Counted from the stretch's first letter, positions 51,498-64,000 are shown. The stretch is DNA of 64,000 nucleotides from Haliotis cracherodii (GCF_022045235.1 NW_027266341.1:2604001-2668000); one strand, 5' to 3'. Numbers and translations: made by a program. The notes: generated by a model not told the origin, from the sequence alone.

Positions 51498-52861
51498 ATG
51501 GCTGACAGGACTACCAGACGTCGCAGCAGATCTGCTAGTTTCAACACAAGTACTGCTAGGGTTAACGTGGCGACCCTTGACCCAAACTAAGATGGCGACC
51601 ACCGCAGCATGCCCAGAACTAGGAAGGCTCCTTATTTCACTTTAGCTGACCTTCGACTTCGTCTCGCCAGTCAAGGTGTCAGCGTGCCTGCATCGTGGAA
51701 CAGACAGTTCCAGCTGTATACTGAAAACAACCGAGGGATTTCCATGTCACATCCCATAACAGAGACGACAAGCAACCTTGGCTTCCGTTTCCGAGTGTCA
51801 ACAAGACTTACCAAGCAGTAATCGCAACACTAACTTGCCGGGTACCATTACTAGTTCATCAGTTCATCCAACAAGTCCCCAGCCTGATGTATCTAGCTTG
51901 ACAGATTCAGTCCCTGTGATCCCCTCGGTGGCGGGATTGCAAAAAGAAATCGCCGAACTTAGACAACTGATCACAACCACAGGGCTCAGCGCGATGCCTC
52001 TACTAGGCCACCCTACACCGAATACCCTGAGTGGTATCGAGACTTCTCTCCTGACCCCCGCTAGCAACTCAACAGAGGTTCCATCAGACTCCTTACCTCA
52101 TATCCACACAGTGTCCCCCACCTTAAGGAAAAAAGATCCAGGAAGATAAGGAAGGAAGGAAGGAAGGAAGGAAGGAAGAAGTTAACTTGGCTTTGTTGAC
52201 ATTACCTAACCAGGACAGTTTGGATACTAGAGTAAATGAATTCGACGGGAATGTATACTCGCTCAAAGATGACCCCAGGCCGAATAGGACACTGACACTC
52301 GGAGAGTTTATCCAGGCATTCGGTATTTACAAAGACATTTATTGTGAGAACAATGATGCCAAAAGGAAACAGCTGGATGGCCACGAGCAGACTGTGATCG
52401 AACTTGCTACTCTGTATGGTGTGACATGCTACTACGACTACCACAAACTTTTCGCAGCTCGTGTGGCAGCTTTTCAAGCAAAAGCAGTTGTCATTCGATG
52501 GGACATGAGAGACTCAAAACTCTACAGCCTGTGTTCCTCAGGGCGCCATACCAGGACGTGTTCAGCGTGTCAAAGTGTAACCCACGGCACCGACGTCTGC
52601 CCGAGTATAGCTACAGCTCGCCGACCAATTGGCAGGCCTCAAGGCAGACATGTTCCATATGACCAAAGAAATGTGGACAGTGATGCCACGTACATAGACT
52701 CCAGAGGTAGACCTCGTGTTCGATGTGATGGACAAGAGATCTGTAACAAATTTAATGATAGCGGCTGTAACCGCCAACAGTGTCCTTTCATACACACCTG
52801 CCTCATTTGCCTTTCAAGAAAGCACGGCAAGACAAAATGCCAGAAAGCACAGAAGGATTGA
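51498..52861 (+). pseudogene. Ngaro gag-like ORF1 (disrupted) with Cys/His fingers
   Basis: VSPTLRK..VNLALL, LTLGEFIQAFGIYK, YYDYHKLF, CSACQSVTHGTDVC, CNKFNDSGCNRQQCPFIHTCLICLSRKHGKTKC. Confidence 0.8.
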
Positions 52862-52879
52862 CTACACTAAGCCTTAGAG

Positions 52880-54460
52880 AGAAAAAGTACTAAGCAGACA
52901 TTGACGTTAACACCTATTAACATTGAGAGATTAAAAGCGGACTTACAATTCCACCCAGACAAGGGTTTCATCGATTATCTCATTTCTGGCCTGGAGACAG
53001 GATTCAATCCAATGTTAGACTCTGTGCCTAAATCGACAGTGGAATGCCGCAACAACCTTAGTGCCAGGAGAAATCCGGTGGATGTGTCCGCAGCTGTCAA
53101 GAAAGAATGTGCCAAGCAGTACGTTATCGGGCCTTTCCAGGAGTCCCACTATGACACATACAGGGTTAGTCCGCATGGACTTGCCGAGGGGAAATATTCT
53201 CGGAAGAAACGTTTGATATTGGACTTATCGGCCCCCCATGATGATGATACCGACCCAAGCATCAACCAACTAATTGACAAGACATGATCATGCCATTTCT
53301 ATCATTATTCAGCTCGGAAGAGAGGCCCTCATGTGTAAGGCAGATATAACTGATGCCTTCAAGCAGATTCCATTAAGCCCTGAATACTGGCCATATTTCG
53401 GGTTCAAGTGGGAAGGACTGTACTATTTCTACACCCGGCTAGCCTTCTAGCCCCAAAATATTTGACACTGTCTCAGGCTCTTTGCTGGATTCTGAGACAC
53501 AATCACGACTTCCTTCATGTGCTACACCTCCTGGACTACTTTCTAGTCCTTGACCCTCCAGGCCACGACGCTGTATCGACCATGAGCACTAGACTGTCTC
53601 TCTTCAAGAGACTCAACATTCCACTAGCTCTCCATAAGACACAGGGACCCCTTACAGAGATCGCGTATTTAGGCATCATTCTTGACTCAAATCTTATGAC
53701 TGCTATGTTACCTCAAGATAAACTGCAACGTATAGCAGAGCTCCTTCGCAGATACTCCACAGAGAGAAGTTGCACCAAGAGAGAACTTCTCTCCCTGCTC
53801 GGACACTTGAACTACACTTGCAGAGTGATCGTGCCAGGCAGGTCGTTTGTCTCCTATTTGATCGAACTTTCCACAACTGTTGATAAGTTGCATCACCATG
53901 TTAGCTTGTCAGGCGATTGTAACATAGATTTAGCTATGTGGAACAAGTTCTTGATAGAATGAAATGGTATTTCCCTCTTCCACGACCTCCACATCTCACC
54001 TACCCCATACATTGAGCTTTTCACTGATGCAGCTGCTACAGTGGGACACGGGGGCTATTACCAAGGTGCCTGGTTCCCTGAAAAATGGTCGGAGGAAGTG
54101 CTATGTAGTATGTCCGGTCAATTGTCTATGGCCTTCATGGAACTCTACCCAATCGTCGTGGCGGCTATTCTCTGGGGTCATCTCTGGGAGAAAAAGCGTG
54201 TTATTGTGATAATCAGGCTACCGTGTTCATCATCAAGAAGGGTAGATCTAAATGTAAAGGTATCATGTCCCTCATACGCCGACTCACTTGGACAACAGTC
54301 CACAACTTTGTGGTACTGGCCCATCACCTTCCTGACTCAGATAATAACATTGCTGATTCACTATCTCGTTTGCAGATCACCAAGTTCCAAGCCCTGGCGC
54401 CACATGCACAACCATGCACACAACAACCCCCCCCCCCCCCCCCCAGTAATGTGGCCCTGA
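52880..54460 (+). pseudogene. Ngaro RT/RNase H ORF, frameshifted
   Basis: TPINIERL, RLILDLSAP, KADITDAFKQIP, LHLLDYFL (catalytic LDD mutated), YLGIILDS, LFTDAA, ELYPIVVA, NNIADSLSR. Confidence 0.9.
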
Positions 54461-55430
54461 ATGCGCATCTCAACAGACTGTGGTCCGCGGTCGTCAGCAA
54501 GGGTACTCAGACCGCCTATTCGACTGGTATGACCTGTTATATAAAGTTCTTGCTGACTTTCGGACTGTTTCAAACCATGTTCTATCACAGACTCCCTCCT
54601 GTGAATGAGGTATATTTACAGTACTTCATTGCCCATTGTTATGGCGTGCTGCAGTTGAAACACGTCACTGTTAAGACCTACCTAGCTGGGGTGAGGTTTT
54701 TTTACCTGCAACGTGGCATTACCACGATATTCGACCATCGTGGATCCGGGGCATTGAACTGACTGCAGTCCATCATGAGAGGTTACAAGAAGTTGCAAGC
54801 TCCGAACCCAAGAAAACGACTTCCCACCACCTACACAGTGTTGGCGCGAATCGTGTGTACACTGCGTGCAGGAGTACTTGGACCGTTAAATGACCTTGTA
54901 ATGGAATGCATGTGCTTAACTGCCTTCTTCGGGTTTCTCAGATGTGGAGAAATCACGTGTGCTGCCAGGTGTGCTGTTTGAGTGACATCAAGTTTGACTT
55001 CGCTAAGAGAAAGTGCACTATCCTGCTGAAAGCTTCCAAGACGGACCCATTTCGAGTAGGCGTCCTCATAATATTGTTTTCTAATAGTCGCTTGTGCCCT
55101 TTCTCAAGTTTGAGGAAGCTCTTCCATACCAGAACTCTTCAGCGAGCTTCTAGTGAGGATGCACTATTTGTGGACGCTCAACACCAGCCCATCACACGGG
55201 CAATGTTTCTGTCCTGGCTCAGCAGAGTGCTGACTAGGGCCGGTTTTAACTCAAACGAGTATAGTGGGCACTCGTTCCGTATCGGTGCTGCCACCACCGC
55301 AGCTAGCGCCCGGGTGGAGGACCACCTAATTAAGACTATGGGCCGCTGGAATTCAGACTGTTTCCAGAGATATATTAGAACTTCAGAAGAGACTCTGCTT
55401 AACGCACAGCGGTCGTTATGTGGACCCTAA
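54445..55430 (+). pseudogene. Ngaro tyrosine recombinase, frameshifted
   Basis: AFFGFLRCGE, LKASKTDPF, HSFRIGAAT, GRWNSDCFQRYIR (R-K-H-R-W-Y catalytic set). Confidence 0.92.
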
Positions 55431-56442
55431 TCTACAATACAGATTCCATGCCATATTATTCATGTATTAGTTCCCAGTTATCAGGTTTCGTGACCGTGTA
55501 TCTTACTCATCTTTTGGGGCACTCGGTCGTACACAACCTCGTTTTGGCGTCTCAAGCCATTGCATGCCTCAGGCAACAGCATTCCATGGCTTGGAGCCCC
55601 CCAAAATTCCTTACCTACCTGGTCCGGCGCAGCCACCAGTTCACATTCCATACCCGCAGGGTACCCTTATCATTCAATCTAATAATAATCTGCTCCTTTT
55701 CCTCAACACCTCTCTACCCGCAGGTGAGCCCTATCCTCGCAGGCCAGCATGGCCCTAGAACTAACCCACGTCCGCTGGACATTCCGTGTACGACCGAGCA
55801 GCCCCCTTGTATATATCATATATATCCCAATGTGTATTAAATTATATTGTTTGCTTTACCCTTTGTCGTGTTTTCATTGCACAAAATGTTAATGTAATAT
55901 TTTTGTTTGTGCAATGATAATACTATCCATGTCGTTATATGCAGTTCATCTCGTAGTATCTCAACCCTAACGCCTTTACTTTATCACTCACCGCTGGTAT
56001 ATTTATTTGTATCCTTTGCCATGTGCTCGTACGGCAGTTTGTTTACACTTCCGGTGGTCTCACTCTCAGTGTATCTCTTAAATTGTATTAATGTTTGTTT
56101 ATCACTCTTGTCAGGCCAATTGACCTTGTTTTAGTATTATTCTCCCATAGACGTGTTATCGTTAACCAACATCCATGTAGATACATTTCTTATATACTCC
56201 CATGATATCTTTCACTACCGGGCATGTGCAGCGTGAAGAATGACGTCACATGTGTATTTATGTAAATTCCTTTCAGCCTCCATCTTGCCGTTTAACCATC
56301 GTTCTGTCAAGTCAATTTGGTACCCTCCATCCACCCTCTAACCACCTTGGGGCTGCTTAGTTTAAGCACATTATGTCTAGAACTAACCCCCGTCCGCAGG
56401 ACACTTACCTACCTGGTCCAGCGCAGCCACCAGTTCACATCC

Positions 56443-57850
56443 ATACCCGCAGGGTAGCCCTATCCCTCTACCCGCAGGGTAGCCCTATCCCTCCAGTCGC
56501 ATGTTAGCCCTATCCCTCCAGCCGCATGGTAGTCCTATCCCTCCAGCCGCATGGTAGCCCTATCCCTCCAGCCGCAGGGTAGCCCTATCCCTCCAGCCGC
56601 AGGGTAGCCCTATCCCTCCAGCCGCAGGGTAGCCCTATCCCTCCAGCCGCATGGTAGCCCTATCCCTCCAGCCGCATGGTAGCCCTATCCCTCCAGCCGC
56701 ATGGTAGCCCTATCCCTCTACCCGCATGGTAGCCCTATCCCTCCAGCTGCAGGGTAGCCCTATCCCTCTTCCCGCAGGGTAGCCCTATCCCTCTTCCCGC
56801 AGGGTAGCCCTATCCCTCTTCCCGCAGGGTAGCCCTATCCCTCTACCCTCAGGGTAGCCCTATCCCACTTCCCGCAGGGTAGCCCTATCCCTCTACCCGC
56901 AGGGTAGCCCTATCCCTCTTCCCGCAGGGTAGCCCTATCCCTCTACCCGCAGGGTAGCCCTATCCCTCTACCCGCAGGGTAGCCTTGCAACTTACCCCCG
57001 TCCGCAGGACACTTACCTACCTGGTCCAGCGCAGCCACCAGTTCACATCCATACCCGCAGGGTACCCCTATCTCACTAGCCGCAGGGTAGCCCTATCCGT
57101 CTTCCCGCAGGGTAGCCCTATCCCACTTCCCGCAGGGTAGCCCTATTCCTCCAGCCGCAGGGTAGCCCTATCCCTCTACCAGCAGGGTAGCCCTATCCCA
57201 CTTCCCGCAGGGTAGCCCTATTCCTCCAGCCGCAGGGTAGCCCTATCCCTCTACCCGTAGGGTAGCCCTATCCAACTTCCCGCAGGGTAGCCCTATCCCT
57301 CTACCCGCAGGGTAGCCCTATCCTACTACCCTCAAGATACCCCTATCCCTCTACCCGCAGGGTAGCCCTATCCCACTTCCCGCAGGGTAGCCCTATCCCA
57401 CTTCCCGCAGGGCAGCCCTATTCCTCCAGCCGCAGGGTAGCCCTATCCCTCTACCCGTAGGGTAGCCCTATCCCACTTCCCGCAGGGTAGCCCTATCCCT
57501 CTACCCTCAAGATACCCCTATCCCTCTACCCGCAGGGAAGCCCTATCCCACTTCCCGCAGGGTAGCCCTATCCCTCTACCCGCAGGGTAGTCTTATCCCA
57601 CTTCCCGCAGGGTAGCCCTATCCCACTTCCTGCAGGGTAGTCTTATCCCACTTCCCGCAGGGTAGCCCTATCCCACTACCCGCAGGGTAGTCTTATCCCA
57701 CTTCCCGCAGGGTAGCCCTATCCCTCTACCCGCAGGGTAGTCTTATCCCACTTCCCGCAGGGTAGCCCTATCCCTCTACCCGCAGGGTAGCCCTATCCCA
57801 CTTCCCGCAGGGTAGCCCTATCCCTCTACCCGCAGGGTAGTCCTATCCTT
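56443..57850 (+). repeat. 25-bp minisatellite (CCCGCAGGGTAGCCCTATCCCTCTA) in two blocks, roughly 50 copies
   Basis: Period read directly. Each block is preceded by a B-repeat fragment (56379-56457 and 56989-57065). Confidence 0.95.
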
Positions 57851-59192
57851 GCAGGCCGGTTGGCATCTCAAGCCATTGCATGCCTCAGGCAACAGCATTC
57901 CATGGCTTGGGGCCCCCCAAAATTCCTTACCTACCTGGTCCGGCGCAGCCACCAGTTCACATTCCATACCCGCAGGGTACCCTTATCATTCAATCTAATA
58001 ATAATCTGCTCCTGTTCCTCAACACCTCTCTACCCGCAGGTGAGCCCTATCCTCGCAGGCCAGCACGGCCTTAGAACTAACCCCCGTCTGCTGGATATTC
58101 CTTGTGCGACCGAGCAGCCCCCTTGTATAATATCATATATATCCCAATGTGTATTAAATTCTATTGTTTCCTTTACCCTTTGTCGTGTTTTCATTGCACA
58201 AACAGGAATTATACAAACGCAGCCTGCATGCGTTGGAATGGTTTTAGAATTTACAATTACAATCGGTGTAGCATTAATAACGCCATCACCAAGAGTTACT
58301 TTCATTGTACTATTTGTCACCGCATCAGATTTGAACTTTATAAGCAGACCGAAGATACCATGTCGACAGTCAGTCATCTAGACACCCGCCATTACGAATA
58401 ACCGGGAAGTTCTTCACGGCTAAGTGTTTGCCTGCACTAATCACACCGGCCTGTTGTCTCTGACATTATCACAAAAGTACTCGCGCACAAATACGTTAAC
58501 AATAGAGAGTCGAACTTTGGGATTATAATAATGCAAAGATCGTGCAATTATAAAGGTTCAGAGCATCAAAAATAAAATAGTTTTTGTCGAAGCATCATCA
58601 CAAAATTCACCGCCACAGTCGATTTACGAATGTTAACATTTTGTTGCAAATGAGAGTTGACCTCTTTGGATCCAATAGCCAGGCAATAGAAACGTCGTGT
58701 TCACTATGTCAGCAGATGCAATCCCGTATCGTGAATTTGGCTGCTCGTAATTTATGTTGTCCAAGGAGGTTACAAGTTCATAGCAAATATAATATCTGTT
58801 GACTTGCATGAAATCACATGACACGACGCTCTGAGTGGATCGTGTCTCGGGCTCCCCTTTCCTACACTGGGTCGAGTCTGATATAATGAAGCTAGATAAG
58901 TCCTTTGGATGAAGATGTTTCTGTTGATGATGTCTGTGGTAAGGTTATTATTAATATATTTTCAGAATCTAATCTTTCCTTATTATTGATATCATGTGCA
59001 AAGTTGCGACCCTTGGGCACGCCAGGAACCTATGACAGTGGGTTTGAATCCCGGTTCGACACGATTATGTTTTTAGGTTTATCAGCGCCATGCCCGTGCT
59101 CGTGGATTTCACCAAAGTTGTAAACGTCTGAGACCTGCATCACTTCGGGCTTTCCTCCCATATTAAGCTGACACGCCGTGATATAACTTGAA

Positions 59193-60504
59193 GATGTCCT
59201 CCCATCTGTCAGACATCCCACTTGTTAGACACTTTTAGTAATGGTTTATTGATTACTAATCCCATGCCTGTTACCTACCGTTTAAGTGGACTCTTTCTTC
59301 ACCTATTTGTCAGCCAGTAAGGAGCAAGAAAACACCACCACAAACTGTTACTCATATGTTTACTTGCTAACAAAATTAAATTAATGTCAGCACTAAAGCA
59401 CACATATCAAGTCATTTACAGCACTATCAAGTCATTTACAGCACATATCAAGTCATTTAAAGCACTATCAATTTAAATCGGAGGAGTCATCTCAACCCCA
59501 AAAAGTCAAAGCACATGAAAGTCACTTAAACCACCTTGATGGGTTTGGCAACGGCACCCAGGTACTTCATTGTCGTCTTTCCCCGCTGTCCAGTTTTTCT
59601 TTCAGTAGTGTCCATCGATTGTCAACCTTGTATACTCGCATCCTAGGAGGAGGGGCTGCACCAAAGTTAATCTGAGAAATCGGAAGTCGCTAAACGTTTG
59701 GATGTCGGGTCGACAGAGAAGTATTCAAACGACTGTTGAATCCCTTAATGATGTTGTTAGTCCTTGCACCGAAGCTGGCGTGATGGTTCCACATCAGGAT
59801 CGGGAAGAGGGAGTCGTCGTCAACCCAAGTCGTAACCATGTAGTCATTGAACTCATTGACACCGGGGACAGCAGGGCAGTCATTCATGGCATCAACCCAA
59901 AATATCCTGAACCTGACGCAAGGGACAAGGGTCAGGGCACACGCGCGTCGGATCCAGTGCTCCATTACTCCTTTGCTTCCCTCTACGCGGTTTGACTGAA
60001 GTGGAAGAAGCACCCTTTGATGTCGCCAACAGTGGTGCAGTTTCCACCACATGTCTTCACTGTACACCTCCAATGCGTGCATGTATGGCGGATCTTATTG
60101 CGGTTGAAGAGATAACCCTGGAAGTATACCCGTGGTGTCCCTTTACATGACATGACATATTCGACTTGTTGCAATCCTGCCATCTTAATGCAGTGCAAGA
60201 GTTCAGAGCTGTTGGGATACAGGGGTCAGTCATATCTTTAATGGTAAGAACTCAATATAAATTGGTAAATTATTGTTTGGGTAACTTAATTAGGAAGTCT
60301 CAAATGTAGGTGTGAAATTACTTGAACGAAAGAATAGTTAACAATCTTGTTTAAACTCAAACAATTCAGTAGTAGTAGTCCTTATCAATCTAGCGAGATG
60401 GGACTAGCCCATTACATCACAGGTAAGCTCACTTTTTTTGTTTAGTAAAGTGTCTAACAACTGGGTGTCTAACACATGGGGTGTCTGACCGATGGGGCAG
60501 AACC
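59193..60504 (-). mobile_element. Internally deleted FLYWCH-MULE element, copy 2, with TIRs and a 9-bp TSD
   Basis: TIR CCCATCTGTCAGACA..TTGTTAGACAC pairs with GTGTCTAACAA..TGTCTGACCGATGGGG. TSD TAACTTGAA (59184-59192) and TAACTGGAA (60505-60513). Protein motifs GCFFHFSQ and RTNN..GFNSRLN. Confidence 0.85.
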
Positions 60505-61044
60505 TAACTGGAATACTGTTAAAATCGGCGTTAAACCAACTTATTCACTCACTCACTTATTATTGATATCAGTCTATTGTCGAATCATAAGCTACACATG
60601 TTATTCATACGCTACCCTTATTCCAGCAATGTCTTTTTGTAAGGTTGAAATTAGATGATGAGCCACATTTTTCGAGTAATAAATAAATAACTACACTTGT
60701 CCTCATTAGAAACGTGAAATAAACTCACTGTAGTAAAAACGGTATCTAGCAGGGACTCGTTTGGTAATCTACATACATTGCATGTTGCATACATAACCAA
60801 TAAAATTATCGTTACTGGTGTTTATAGACAGGACAGTTGCTGTAGAAAGTGCGATAACCAACAATGTTTACATGCATGCTATATGCACGTTATAGTGTTT
60901 GCTCTTATACTTTGACGCATTAATAGTTTTGTTAAACTATTTAATTAAAAATGAGTGCACATATTTTCTAAGACGGTTCATATTGCAAAGTTCCATTGCT
61001 GTACTAACCAGCATTACAGTATTTTTAGTGATTCCTAACAAAAC

Positions 61045-61320
61045 AGACCCGTGAAGATTTCGGGGTAGAATAGGTCTTCAGCAACCCATACTTGTCGTAA
61101 AAGGTGACTATGCTTGTCGTAAAAGGCGACTAACGGGATCGGGTGGTCAGGCTCGCTGACTTGGTTGATACATGTCATCGATCCCAATTGCGTGGATCGA
61201 TGCTCATGATGTCAATCACTGGATTGTCTGGTCCAGACTCGATTATTTTACAGACCGCCGTCATATAGCTGGACTATTGCTGAGTGCGGCGTTAAACAAC
61301 AAACCAACCAACCAACCAAC
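61045..61320 (+). mobile_element. SINE with Nin-like domain, inside a segment absent from duplication copy 1
   Basis: Matches 45484-45762. Copy 1 runs gagtgaagctgagtgtaag at about 27580 without the intervening 640 bp or so. Confidence 0.8.
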
Positions 61321-64000
61321 CTAACAAAACAGCAACCCTGTGTGACGAAGGGATGTGTTCAAATGTCATCATTTATTTCAATTTTCTAACCCAGAGCCTG
61401 TATATAACATAGCATTGCTTCCAGTATCAGTAACGGGTATTGATACATGTCAATGTGTGATGTGTCAACAACATTTTCTACCATTCTCACATTCGATGGA
61501 ACAGTTGGGAATATGTAAGCTTAGATTAATCTCCACACAATTTAGACATTTTAATCTGATGAACAATGTTTTGACAATTCTTGTTATATGTTCAAGGTAG
61601 CTGAGTGTAAGTATGAACCGGCATTATTGCAGAGGGTAGGCAAGGGAAATACAGCTTTTTCATTCGAGAGGTCAAGTGAAATAAAACGTCACGTTCAAGG
61701 TTATTTTATTCATTTTGCATAACCCTGCGTGTCTGGCTGCTTATACTAGTCCGGAATCAATTCGTCTGTATATTGATAACCCACTGACATACCACGCCGG
61801 TATGATACACCTTCAGATACATCATAGTGAACACCGAGTCGGTCCGTCCTCGTTTTATTCCGTAAATCCCGAGTGCTAGGCAGGGTAACAACAACTACCA
61901 AACGTCTCTTGGTATGACGCAACCAGGGAATATGAGCACCAAACTTCCGCGATCCACGCCAGGCCGGGTAACATCAACCACAACAGTTCGTTGTAAGCAT
62001 ACACACAGCATATATGCAGCAAATGCCCAGGATAAAAAGTACTTCATATCCGTCAGTTTGTTATAAGCATGTTCGTTATAAACGTAGTTTACAGTTGCAT
62101 GACGTGACCAGGGAATCTGAGCACCGAGTTTCCACGATCTACGCAGGCGCTGTATCCACTACAACACGGATATGGCTTTGAACCATTGACATCCACTGAC
62201 ACATGAGTTCGTGTTTTTCAAGGTGGTTTTATCAACGAGATGTATCGTTTTATCCAGCACACAAATTATTTGAAACGTAAAGCTAACTGGGCCAATCTTG
62301 CTCATTGGTGATGCCATTTATCGTTACTTAAACTGTGTGGCAACAGTGTTACAAGGTAAATGAGAACGTATCTTGTACTTGGTGAAATAAAGAGAACAGC
62401 TTGTATACATGTATTAATGATATAAATCAGACACACGTATTATCCCTCTGTGTCCTATAAGTCATGGCAAATGCATACACATGCCCTCCATGGCATACTT
62501 GCAGTATGAATCACACACACACAATCCCCTGAGTGTTAGATTACGAATTAGTGTTAGATTCATAAAATAAGTGTGATATATCCTCTGTGTTGCATTGGTC
62601 AAAGGAATCAGACGAACACACTGCGCGCACTCTTCATCCATCTAAGCATACACCATTTGTGTTATGTTGGTAATAGGTCAGACAAAATAACCAGTTTTTA
62701 TGTATTGGAGAAAACACGCTCACGAGGTTTTGGTAGACAGAGCATGCCATGTTTTTCCCGACCCCCAGGGCATGCTCTGTCTACCAAAACCGAGGAAACC
62801 GAAAAAAGAAACTTAAAACAACATTTATCAACATTTTTAAGTTTCGAACATACTTTCCATGAACCTTAGGAAACGCGCGTAAAATATCTGTTGCTGGCGT
62901 ACGGATCTTGAAAAGGACATTCTAAAAACCAGTGAGGCTTCTTAACACATCTGTAGCCTTGTGGTACACTCACTGGGCTACATATATGAAGGTTGCGAGT
63001 TCGATTCTCGGGAATATAAAGAAAACACTTGTCATTTGATTTTTCATTTCATTACATGTTACAATCTGAACGGAAGTTATATTAATAAAATACCCAGGAC
63101 ATTATATAAAGTCCCTGGGATATTATATAAAATCCCAGGGACATTACAACGTCCCTGTTAAGGAGATTTAACCAGACTGGAAAGTAAAACCTCACAATAG
63201 GTCTTAATGCCTATAGAAAGAAGTCTCTTACTTAATAGCGATCCCAATGAATAGGTTTATAAAACTAGATATGGAAGGGCAACAGGGTATGTTTGGTAAA
63301 CCAATACTAATTTGCTTTGGAAATTTAAATTAAAAGTATATATTATATGTCCACTGTTAATTCATCAACAGCTATTGGAGGCTCTATCGTTTTATTTTAA
63401 ACGTCATAATAGTGGAGACAGACTACTAAGTGAATTGCATGATAAGCATGGGTACCTCAACATGGCAGCGCCAGCCAACGAAGATATAAGAGTGCGTGAG
63501 TGATTTAAAACTTTACATGTAGACAATATTGCAGTCAGAACAAGTTAATTACTTATTAAATACCTGTCGAAAAAGAAGGAAAAACTGTGAGGTAAGTATC
63601 GAAGGTTTACGTATAAAACAAACACGATCAATATATTAAAACGTATGAATTTCCATTGGATTATTTAGTTAAAAAGCTAGGCTACAGACCATAATGAACC
63701 AAAGCTAGGCCACCACACTCGGGACTAAGGCATAAGAGGAAGGGTGAACCCTGAAAACATGTCTACACTGTAAACATCTGCAATAATAACACAGGAAAAC
63801 AACATTGTCCATTTGTCAATGGAGCATGTGATGAACCAGACACGCCCCTTATAATAGCTTCCTCTCGTGAAGTGTTATCAACATATCAACATAATACATG
63901 CCCAACATTTGAGTTTGCATGTATTTGTTATTGTACAAGGTAAACATACACCACACGGAAATGGTTACAGATGAAAACATTTAAGTTCTATCAGCAGGTA

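Larger units (their letters stand above)
50979..58202 (+). mobile_element. Ngaro-type (DIRS order) tyrosine-recombinase retrotransposon, full-length but decayed
   Basis: Split direct repeats A1 50980-51416, B1 55544-55885, A2 55887-56322, B2 57860-58202. Gene order gag, RT/RNase H, YR. No TSD; the empty site GTAATCACAGGAAT is at about 25005-25018. Confidence 0.92.

Noticed and set aside
55418-58381. ORFs 55418..55840 and 57860..58381 as an extra Ngaro gene
   Set aside because: They are translations of the non-coding B repeat, and one runs into host DNA. No hydrolase or methyltransferase motifs seen.

Overview
AT-rich animal genomic DNA, probably a gastropod mollusc (abalone-like, inferred from the SINE families; not proven). 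Most ORFs in the supplied track are spurious. Splicing by hand on the minus strand gives two tandem, multi-exon paralogous receptor genes. Both have the architecture signal peptide, EGF, F-type lectin (fucolectin/FTP) domain, 4 MEGF10/SREC-type EGF repeats, TM, and a tail with four YxxL/I/V motifs. Gene 1 spans 3031-22740 and gene 2 spans 31483-43923 (or to 50430). The lectin domains share a near-identical framework but differ in five loops. Gene 1 has a TAA stop just after the TM, which would remove its tyrosine tail. Gene 2 has three paralogous 67-nt leader exons and a 74-bp tandem array of an exon end plus splice donor. EGF pseudo-exons are scattered through both genes. The upstream block is duplicated (about 22-29.8 kb vs 49.9-64 kb), with a third diverged copy at 1-1.1 kb, so the cluster probably continues beyond both window ends. 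Mobile elements include a decayed Ngaro-type tyrosine-recombinase retrotransposon with split direct repeats and an internal 25-bp minisatellite, a foldback-type Mutator element with nested insertions, FLYWCH-MULE derivatives, Gypsy and LINE remnants, and many SINEs.
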